56,854 nucleotides of DNA from Anaerolineae bacterium (GCA_023544525.1 JAMJFU010000002.1:1-56854); one strand, 5' to 3'; positions 16,425 through 23,346 are shown, counted from the first letter of the stretch. The notes: generated from the letters alone by a model not told the origin. Translations and numbers: made by a program.

Positions 16425-17272
16425 AATCTCCTAGTCTCTCCTTCAAGGTTCTTTAACACGGTCCGGGCGATGTGCTGGACCAACGCTTCCGTGTCCGTCG
16501 TGCCGGTGGCCGCCATGGAAGGCCCGGGTGGCTGGTATTCATCGCCCAGCAGGCAGATGGAACATTCGGCACACAGATCACTCCCCTGGCGCTGCAACGC
16601 TTCGCGGCGCAATTGCGTCAACTTGGCGACCGCTTCGGACGACAGGGTCTGGACCTGGCCCAGTTGCTGGGCTGCCAGCGTGATCTGGGCCGTGTGCTCC
16701 ACCTTTTCCAGGCGGAGATAGGCTTCCCATAGGGTTCTGCCCACGGTCAAGCTGCCATGATGGGCCAGGATGATCGCGTCATAGTCGCAGACGGCCCGGC
16801 GAATGCTGCTCGCCACCTCGCCGGTCCCCGGTGTGGCGTATTCGGCCGTCGGGATGGAACCCAGTGTGACGATCACTTCTGGGATGACACAGCGAGCCAG
16901 AGAGACGCCGGCAATGCTAAAGGCCGTCGCGATGGGCGGATGGGCGTGAACCACGGCGTTCACGTCCGGCCGCTGGTTGTAGACCTCTAGATGCATCATG
17001 ATCTCTGACGATGGCCGCATACCGCGCCCGCGGTGGCTTGGCACCAGCTCACCGTGGAGGTTGATCATGACCAGGTCATCGGCCGAGAGAAAGCCCTTGC
17101 TCTGGCCGCTGGCTGTCACCAGCAGTCGATCGCTGCCCAGGCGCGCCGAGAGATTGCCGTCGGTGGCAGCCACGTAGCCGCGCTCCCACATGAGCCGCGC
17201 GACGCGCACCATTTCCTGGCGCATCTCAAATTCGCTAACACGCCCATCCATCACTGTATCGCCAAAGGCCAT
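16421..17272 (-). CDS. Class II aldolase/adducin-family protein (FucA/RhaD/MtnB-like) with about 65-aa C-terminal extension
   Basis: ATDGNLSAR, SSEIMMHLEVY and VVHAHPP motifs (Zn-binding His). Tail: ...CAECSICLLGDEYQPPGPSMAATGTTDTEALVQHIARTVLKNLEGETRRL. Confidence 0.9.
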   Translation of the reverse strand: MAFGDTVMDGRVSEFEMRQEMVRVARLMWERGYVAATDGNLSARLGSDRLLVTASGQSKGFLSADDLVMINLHGELVPSHRGRGMRPSSEIMMHLEVYNQRPDVNAVVHAHPPIATAFSIAGVSLARCVIPEVIVTLGSIPTAEYATPGTGEVASSIRRAVCDYDAIILAHHGSLTVGRTLWEAYLRLEKVEHTAQITLAAQQLGQVQTLSSEAVAKLTQLRREALQRQGSDLCAECSICLLGDEYQPPGPSMAATGTTDTEALVQHIARTVLKNLEGETRRL

Positions 17273-17275
17273 CGT

Positions 17276-18298
17276 CTAGTACAACCTGTATCGCTCGCGC
17301 AACGTCTCTGATACGGCGCGCAGCATGGCAAAGGCCCGCTCGACGGTCTCGGTGCGATCAGGATTGACCAGGCAACAGGTTGCCGGGGCGAGCATGCCCT
17401 GCCGGACAATCTGGGCCCGGTCTACACCTGCACCCTCCAGGTGGTCCCACAGGCCCTCCAGCCGGTCCATGAGCGAGTCTGGGCTTTCCTTCCCCAGGTC
17501 GACCGCGCCCGTCGGCACGATACCCCAGCTAATTACCCCGCCGCGCGCGAGGAAACGGCCGATCTCACCGGCGTAACGTACAAAAAGGTCGCCCCGGGCA
17601 TAGGCGTCGAACGACAGCAACTCCAAGTCGGCTGTTAGCAGGAAATCCCAGTCGGGATTGCCACACAGGTGCAGGCCCTTCAGCCCGTTCAGGCTCGACA
17701 GGAACAGGGCCAGGTCCTCCCGGGCCATTAGATCAGTATAGCCCGACAGGCTGGAAAAAACAAATTCCAGGCCGGGGTCGTCCAGCCAGACAAAGGCTGC
17801 GGGGTGCACGGCCTGCATCTCGGCCAGTTGCTGGTTGATCTTGCCCGCCATGAACTCCAGCAGGATGGCCTTGACGTCCTCGTTGTAGATGATGGGCTTG
17901 CGCTCCTCATCGGCGACCTTCAGCCCAAAGCTGATAGGGCCGATGGTCTGTCCCCGGATGGCGATGCGATCTTGCAGGTCCAGTTCCAGAAAGCGGTGGA
18001 AGACGGCCGAGTAGGGTGGCGAGAGCGCAAAGTAGGCCAGATCCTGGCTTGCTTCGGCATAGCCCCACAGCTCTTCGTAGAAGCGGGCCGTGTCAAAGAC
18101 AACCCTCTCGTTTTCGAGATCGAGCTCGATGCCTGGAAAGCCCTCCGAGGCCTGGGCATACATATCCTCGAAGAAGCTGAGCCGGGGCAGTTGGGGCCAG
18201 AAGGGGATGTCCACGCTCAGGGCCAGGTCAAGGGCAGCATCCACGTCGGTATGGGGTAGGATGCCCATCGCCGTGGTGCGCAGCTCTGCCTCAAACAT
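17276..18298 (-). CDS. URO-D/MtaA (MT2)-like or MetE-like TIM-barrel protein, putative Zn enzyme
   Basis: Track ORF 17276..18310 (GTG). The alternative ATG 18298 is given here. GILPHTD near the N-terminus, LHLCGNPDW (HxCG, as in MT2/URO-D-family methyltransferases) and a late APATCCL Cys pair. The product call is tentative. Coding status is strong. Confidence 0.6.
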   Translation of the reverse strand: MFEAELRTTAMGILPHTDVDAALDLALSVDIPFWPQLPRLSFFEDMYAQASEGFPGIELDLENERVVFDTARFYEELWGYAEASQDLAYFALSPPYSAVFHRFLELDLQDRIAIRGQTIGPISFGLKVADEERKPIIYNEDVKAILLEFMAGKINQQLAEMQAVHPAAFVWLDDPGLEFVFSSLSGYTDLMAREDLALFLSSLNGLKGLHLCGNPDWDFLLTADLELLSFDAYARGDLFVRYAGEIGRFLARGGVISWGIVPTGAVDLGKESPDSLMDRLEGLWDHLEGAGVDRAQIVRQGMLAPATCCLVNPDRTETVERAFAMLRAVSETLRERYRLY

Positions 18299-18584
18299 GG
18301 GGCAGGGCACCCTCCGCCAGGTCCACTTCGTCTACGATGCCCACGATGACCGCCCGGATGGCACCCAGGGGCTCGCGGTCCACAACCTGCCGCGCCGAGT
18401 TTCCCTCATCCAGCACCAGGACCAGGTCGCCGACGCCCGCTTGCACCATGTCGACGGCAATGTCGTACTTGGCGGTGGGCTTGCCCTCCAGGTTCAGCTT
18501 GTCCACCACCAGCAGTTTTCGCCCCTCAAAGAGCTCGTTCTTGATGGTGGCGACGACGGTGCCGCTTACGCGCCCGATATACAT
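18291..18584 (-). CDS. BMC-P vertex protein (EutN/CcmL/PduN family)
   Basis: Track ORF 18291..18644. Real start is ATG 18584, overlapping the upstream stop (TAATG). MYIGRVSGTVVATIKNELFEGRKLLVV...GDLVLVLDEGNSARQ...AVIVGIVDEVD, 97 aa. Confidence 0.9.
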   Translation of the reverse strand: MYIGRVSGTVVATIKNELFEGRKLLVVDKLNLEGKPTAKYDIAVDMVQAGVGDLVLVLDEGNSARQVVDREPLGAIRAVIVGIVDEVDLAEGALPHV

Positions 18585-18853
18585 TAGACTACGTCCACCT
18601 CGTCTACAATGCCTGTGATGGCCAGATCGACCGGGACAAACCATTCGGGCAGCGCCAGGGCGGCCTCCCGGCTGGCGATGACAAACACCAGCTCACCCGG
18701 TCCTGCCTGGCCCGTGCCGTCGGCGGCGACCGCGGGCTCGCCCTCCGGCTGGCGGTGCTTGTCCAGTGGTTGGACGACCAGGAACTTGACGCCCTCTAGC
18801 CCCTCTGCCTTCTGAGTGGCGACCAACGTGCCGATGACCCGTGCAAGTTGCAT
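18584..18853 (-). CDS. BMC-P vertex protein (EutN/CcmL/PduN family), second paralog
   Basis: Track ORF 18584..19066. Real start is ATG 18853, 1 nt after the PduT-like stop. MQLARVIGTLVATQKAEGLEGVKFLVVQPL...LAITGIVDEVDVV, 89 aa. Confidence 0.9.
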   Translation of the reverse strand: MQLARVIGTLVATQKAEGLEGVKFLVVQPLDKHRQPEGEPAVAADGTGQAGPGELVFVIASREAALALPEWFVPVDLAITGIVDEVDVV

Positions 18854-18854
18854 G

Positions 18855-19406
18855 TTATAGGATCCTGGCCCGCATCTGCTCGTGGAGCTGCGGGATGACG
18901 ACCTGGCGCACAAGCAGGCCCTCCTGCTTGACCAGCTCGACGCCAGCGGACACAGCGGCCTGTACGTCGGCAACGGTGCCCTCCATGAGCACAAAGCTCT
19001 TGCCGCCCAGGCCATTGGCCAGGCGGATCTCCAGCAACTGGATATCAGTAGCCTTGGCCGCGGCATCGGCAGCGACGATACAGACGGCGACGGTCACGGT
19101 CTCGATGATGCCCAGGGCCTCATCCCCCCTCGGCGGCGAGGCGCTCATGAGCGCCGGAAAGACGGAGCGATGGACGTTGGGCAACAGCAGTTGATCGACC
19201 AGGGTATCGGCGGCAGCCGAGAGCCCGACCTCGAAGGACTCGCGCACCGGCCCCACCTCGCCGCCGATGAGCACCATGTACTTGCCCGGGCAGATGGAGC
19301 GCGCTTCCAATAGCTGGACCACGGCCTTTTTGACCATCGAGTCGCCCGCCAGGATGCCTGCTGCGATGCTATTTGTCTCTACCAGCGCGATGGCCGGTTC
19401 GATCAT
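18855..19406 (-). CDS. pduT: Tandem-domain BMC-T shell protein, PduT-like (pore Cys conserved)
   Basis: 183 aa. IALVETNSIAAG...ARSICPGKYMVLIGGEVGPV...LGIIETVTVAVCIVAADAAAKA...GGKSFVLMEGTVADVQAAV is colinear with Salmonella PduT as I remember it (KTICPGKFLLMLGGDIGAV...). Strong GGAGGAGGA RBS. Confidence 0.9.
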   Translation of the reverse strand: MIEPAIALVETNSIAAGILAGDSMVKKAVVQLLEARSICPGKYMVLIGGEVGPVRESFEVGLSAAADTLVDQLLLPNVHRSVFPALMSASPPRGDEALGIIETVTVAVCIVAADAAAKATDIQLLEIRLANGLGGKSFVLMEGTVADVQAAVSAGVELVKQEGLLVRQVVIPQLHEQMRARIL

Positions 19407-19485
19407 CTGGTCATCCTCCTCCAGAGGCGCGTTCGCTTTGACTGCCTGCCCCAGGGCACAATCTGCCGCCTGCCTGCCGATCAGG

Positions 19486-20850
19486 TCAGGCTCTGATCTC
19501 GATGGTGGTCTCGGTCACTCGCACCACCTTGCCGGCGATCGAGGCGTGGACGTTGGCCCCCAGTTTGCCTTCGGGAATGTGGGCGATACGGTCCCCCACT
19601 TCTACCCTGTCGCCCACTGACACCTCCGCGATGGCAGGCGCGCCGATGTGTTGCTGCAGAGGGATCGTCACCTGCGAGGGCCGGTGGTCGGACTCGTCCA
19701 GGGCGCAGACCTGATCCTGCCACTCGGTCAAGCCCAGGCGGGCGATGAGCCGGTGGGTGGGCACCAACCGGTACTCTCGAAAGGGGTGCGGCTCAAAATC
19801 GGTCCGTTTGTGCACCTCGTTCACCCATTGCTGCTCGCGTAGTTCCTGCTTGATGGAGACATAGTAGGCCATGGGAGACAGTTCCAGGGGACAGGCATAG
19901 GCCTCGCACAGGCGGCACTCGCAGCAAAGAAGCGCCGCAGTCACCTGGTCAGCCGGCCGGGCCAAACCATAGTTGATGGCCCGCATCACCTCGTGGGGCT
20001 GCAAGTCATGGCCTAGCAGGTAGCGCGGGCACAGAACGGTGCAGTCGCGACATTGGTCACAGGTCGAGATTCCGCGCCTGACCCAAGAGGTCCGGGAGCG
20101 GGTCATGTAGCGCACCACAACGTTGTCGTGCGGCAGGACCAGGAGCCCGCTGGTGGTCTTGGTCACCGGTTCGTCCAGGTCGGGGGCCACCCGGCCCATC
20201 ATTGGCCCGCCCACTACTACGGCATAGTCCTCGGGCGTACGGCTCGACCAGCGGGGCGGCTGGATCCCTCCGGCCCAGGCCAGCGTTTCGCGGATAGACG
20301 TGCCTACCGGCACCCAGAGGGTTTTCGGTTGGGCCACAGCGCCGGCGATGGTCAGGAGACGATGGGTGACGGCGGCGCCACGCGTCGCCCGGGCAATGTT
20401 GAACAGGGTCTGGACGTTCTGCACCAGGCAGCCCACCTGCAAGGGCAAGCCCGTTTCGGGCACCAGGCGGCCCGTGGCCTCGTAGACCAGGACGAACTCG
20501 TCGCCCGCGGGGTAGCGACTTTCCAGGGGAAGGATGCTCAGGTCCAGTTTCTCTCGCCAGGGCTCGATGGCCCGGCGCAGAGCGGCGGCTGCACCGCGGT
20601 AGCCCTTCTTGATGGCCAGGATGCCCCGTTCGGCACCCGTGGCCTGCATCGCCAGCTGCAGGCCACGTACCATCTCTGTCGCACGGCTTTCCATCAGCCG
20701 CTGGTCGCACTGCAGCAGCGGATCGCATTCGACGCCGTTGACAATGACGGTGTCCACCTGGGACGCGAGCTTGACGTGGGTGGGAAAACCCGCACCGCCC
20801 GCACCCACCACACCTGCAGCGCGCACAGCTTTGACGAGATTTTGATCCAT
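19486..20850 (-). CDS. pduS: PduS-like / RnfC-like Fe-S flavoprotein (B12-reductase family of microcompartments)
   Basis: 454 aa. AGVVGAGGAGFPTHVKL, YPAGDE, KTTSGLLVL, two Cys clusters (CDQCRDCTVLCP and CCECRLCEAYACP) and the C-terminal tail QQHIGAPA...GKLGANVHASIAGKV. Colinear with Salmonella PduS as I remember it. Confidence 0.9.
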   Translation of the reverse strand: MDQNLVKAVRAAGVVGAGGAGFPTHVKLASQVDTVIVNGVECDPLLQCDQRLMESRATEMVRGLQLAMQATGAERGILAIKKGYRGAAAALRRAIEPWREKLDLSILPLESRYPAGDEFVLVYEATGRLVPETGLPLQVGCLVQNVQTLFNIARATRGAAVTHRLLTIAGAVAQPKTLWVPVGTSIRETLAWAGGIQPPRWSSRTPEDYAVVVGGPMMGRVAPDLDEPVTKTTSGLLVLPHDNVVVRYMTRSRTSWVRRGISTCDQCRDCTVLCPRYLLGHDLQPHEVMRAINYGLARPADQVTAALLCCECRLCEAYACPLELSPMAYYVSIKQELREQQWVNEVHKRTDFEPHPFREYRLVPTHRLIARLGLTEWQDQVCALDESDHRPSQVTIPLQQHIGAPAIAEVSVGDRVEVGDRIAHIPEGKLGANVHASIAGKVVRVTETTIEIRA

Positions 20851-20853
20851 GCT

Positions 20854-21963
20854 CTAATGACTGCTTTCAGGGGCGTAACCGGTCATCTCTACGAATCCCC
20901 TGCCATTCGACGTGCCGTCCACGGTGACGGTCCCCTCCCAGTAGATCGGGCCAAAGCGGATGGGCAGCTCCTGATCCGGGAAGGTCGCCTCCACCCGGGC
21001 CTCCAGGTCATAGTCAGGGATACTCAACTCCCAGGCAACGGGGTAGGTGCCACCCGTCTCCGGACTGGTCCACTGGTCGCCTACCTGCAAAGAATAATCC
21101 TCCGGCTCCAGGTGCTGGACCACACCCTCGGCGGTGATCCAGGATCCCGCTGACTGGGGCTGGAGGCCTCCCGACTCGTCCCGGAAGTTGAAGAGCATCA
21201 CCCGGCTGCCGTCCTCCAGGCGCAGGCTGAACCAATCCCAACCAGAGAAGCCCTGATGCAGGTCCCAGCTACCCCATTGATGATCCATCCAGGCACTCGC
21301 TTGTACTGCGTAGCGTTGGCCATCTATATAGAGCAGGCCAACCCCATCCAGGTCCACTCGCGAATAATAGTACGATGGGCCAGCCTGGCCCATCTCGATC
21401 ACGCCTGTGCCGGCGGGGCCATGCAGCACCGGTGCCTTGCTGGTTTCCAGGTCCAGGCGCAGCCTGTAGCGCCCGCTGTCAGCCCGGAGATGGTGTTGGA
21501 TGCCATCAGCCCAGGCCCGCCACCCTCCGTTCCAGACTTCGTAGCGGTCGGCTCTGGCGCCGGCTGTCCAGAAACGCGGAAAGCTCACGCGCTCGAAGAA
21601 GACATGCTCCTCCGCGTCCTGGTCGCTGAGGGCAAAGTGGGCAAAATAGATCGGGTTGCTGACCCAATTGATGGGCACCATGTTCGCTACGCGGACGGCA
21701 GAGGGCACGTAGCTCTTGAAGAACACAAGCTCAAAGCCGTATCGCTTTCCTTCCTGATCGGTGAGAAACCCGGTGTAGTACCACCAATCGGTCCTGGCTT
21801 GAAAGTGGGCCGCCTCGTCGCGAGGAAAGCGCACCGGGTGATCGGCACTGGCTTGCTGGAACTCGAGCGGGGTGGGGTGCCGGAAAATGAAAATGGCCGT
21901 CATCAAGCCGGCGGCCAGAAACAACAAGATCGTCAACAGGATCAGGCTTAGTCTGCGGATCAC
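20854..21963 (-). CDS. AttH/CrtC-like (carotenoid 1,2-hydratase / lipocalin-like) protein with N-terminal membrane anchor
   Basis: GTG 21963 with GAGGAG RBS. N-terminal TM LSLILLTILLFLAAGLMTAIFIF. Motifs FPRDEAAH...DWWYYTGFL...GFELVFF...WMDHQWG are typical of the AttH/CrtC family. Confidence 0.75.
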   Translation of the reverse strand: MIRRLSLILLTILLFLAAGLMTAIFIFRHPTPLEFQQASADHPVRFPRDEAAHFQARTDWWYYTGFLTDQEGKRYGFELVFFKSYVPSAVRVANMVPINWVSNPIYFAHFALSDQDAEEHVFFERVSFPRFWTAGARADRYEVWNGGWRAWADGIQHHLRADSGRYRLRLDLETSKAPVLHGPAGTGVIEMGQAGPSYYYSRVDLDGVGLLYIDGQRYAVQASAWMDHQWGSWDLHQGFSGWDWFSLRLEDGSRVMLFNFRDESGGLQPQSAGSWITAEGVVQHLEPEDYSLQVGDQWTSPETGGTYPVAWELSIPDYDLEARVEATFPDQELPIRFGPIYWEGTVTVDGTSNGRGFVEMTGYAPESSH

Positions 21964-22009
21964 CCACTACTCCTCGGCTATCCCCATTGAGCGAACGCCA
22001 AGCCGGTAC

Positions 22010-22038
22010 ATGATACCACCGTTCGGCAGCGTTGGCAA
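22010..22038 (-). promoter_or_regulatory. Promoter TTGCCA-N17-TATCAT with extended -10 (TGg), probable start of the microcompartment-related operon
   Basis: On the minus strand, -35 is at 22033-22038 and -10 is at 22010-22015, about 45 nt upstream of GTG 21963. Confidence 0.45.
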
Positions 22039-22096
22039 ATGCCTGGCGAGAACGGGATAGAGGCTGTAGGCGACCTGCTGCTTGCCTGGACTGCGA

Positions 22097-23182
22097 CTAA
22101 GGACGGAGCACCTCCCGGGCAACGCGGGCAACCGTGGGTGGGTGGAGGAGCATGTTGGCATAGCTCGCGTTGGCCATTGGACAGGCGCACTCCCGCCCAG
22201 CAATGCTGCGCCGCAGGCGACGCAGGTGGCCCACCTCCTCCCACCAAATCGGGCGCAGGTCGTAGCCTGTCTCGCGCAGGTTGCCCACCGGTTCTGCCCG
22301 GACACAGCAGCTCCATATGTCGCCGTTGGGGGCAATGTGGCCACTGGCCCAGCCCGCCAAGCAGGGGATAACCTGCCGCTGTTCCTCCAGCACGCGCCGG
22401 GCCAATTGGTAGTACTGCGCACGGAAGGCCTGGGTGACCCGGGCCAGTCCTCTGGCTGGCACCGCCCTGGCCCGGGCCGAGAGGTAGTCGGCGATGGGTC
22501 CATAGTCGGCAGGGGCAGGAGTGATGTCCCAACCCACCGTGTCCAGTTCCACGCGTTCCTCTGCCACCTCGGTGATGTAGGAGTCGGGCTGCAGGAAAGC
22601 GAGGCCCTCGACGATCTCACGTATGCGGTGGGCATTGAACCTGGATACCACCGTATGGACGCTCAGCACCAAGTTGGCGTGCTGCTGCTGCAGCACCTTG
22701 AGCCCCTGCCAGGTTTCCATGGCCCGCTGCCAGTTGCCAGGGACCTGGCGGATCTCGTCATGCTCCTGGCCGACGCCGTCCAGCGACAGGTTGATGCCGA
22801 CCTGCGAACGAGGGGCGGCGCTGCAGATTTGGCCTACCTGGTCGACGATGCGCTTGGTCAGCAGGCCGTTGGTGGGGATGGTGATGACGCCTGGCTGGCA
22901 CAACTCTGCTCCGGCGATGACAAGCTCGTGCAGGTCAGCACGCAGGAAGGGCTCGCCGCCGGTGAAGGTCAAGTAGAAAGGGCTATGGCCCAGCCTGGCA
23001 AAGATCTGGCGCCACTCGGCGACGCTCATGTCGTCGCTGTCCTTGCGCCAGACGTCGCAGGTCCGGCATCTGCTGTTGCAGCGGTAGCTGACGCTGGCGA
23101 CGATGCTAAAAGGCAGCAGCCTGGGCCAGCCAAGATGGTAGAAACTCCAATAGAGAGGAAGCTTTGGAAGGAGTTCTAACAT
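22097..23182 (-). CDS. Radical SAM protein with Cys-rich (SPASM/twitch-like) C-terminal region
   Basis: Track ORF 22097..23266. ATG 23182 lies downstream of the predicted promoter. [15 protein letters not shown] (CxxxCxxC). C-terminal ...[13 protein letters not shown]...[11 protein letters not shown]. Confidence 0.8.
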   Translation of the reverse strand: MLELLPKLPLYWSFYHLGWPRLLPFSIVASVSYRCNSRCRTCDVWRKDSDDMSVAEWRQIFARLGHSPFYLTFTGGEPFLRADLHELVIAGAELCQPGVITIPTNGLLTKRIVDQVGQICSAAPRSQVGINLSLDGVGQEHDEIRQVPGNWQRAMETWQGLKVLQQQHANLVLSVHTVVSRFNAHRIREIVEGLAFLQPDSYITEVAEERVELDTVGWDITPAPADYGPIADYLSARARAVPARGLARVTQAFRAQYYQLARRVLEEQRQVIPCLAGWASGHIAPNGDIWSCCVRAEPVGNLRETGYDLRPIWWEEVGHLRRLRRSIAGRECACPMANASYANMLLHPPTVARVAREVLRP

Positions 23183-23256
23183 AGTTAGAGCATCCCCCGG
23201 GACCGCCTGTGCAGCGTACCTGCTTGTGGTGAGATCATCATGGCCTCTGGCATGAA

Positions 23257-23285
23257 ATCCTACCACGCAGGTCCAATTTTGTCAA
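23257..23285 (-). promoter_or_regulatory. Promoter TTGACA-N17-TAGGAT with extended -10 (TGg) for the radical SAM/SPASM gene
   Basis: On the minus strand, -35 TTGACA is at 23280-23285 and -10 is at 23257-23262. Confidence 0.5.
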
Positions 23286-23346
23286 AGTCTGGAGAACGTT
23301 GCACGGGGGGCACCCCGCGCCTGGTTCTAACAGCAAGCCGTTGATT

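Noticed and set aside
21967-22020. 14-codon minus-strand ORF (MYRLGVRSMGIAEE) between the radical SAM/SPASM and AttH-like genes, considered as a small peptide substrate
   Set aside because: It overlaps the predicted -10 element and leader of the AttH-like gene. Its GAGGAG codons are better explained as the RBS of GTG 21963. I cannot assess its conservation.
23240-23344. 34-codon plus-strand ORF ([34 protein letters not shown]) next to the radical SAM/SPASM gene, considered as a RiPP precursor
   Set aside because: It is on the opposite strand and overlaps the radical SAM promoter (23257-23285). Its third codon positions are A/T-rich, unlike real genes here. There is no leader- or core-like pattern and only a weak RBS.
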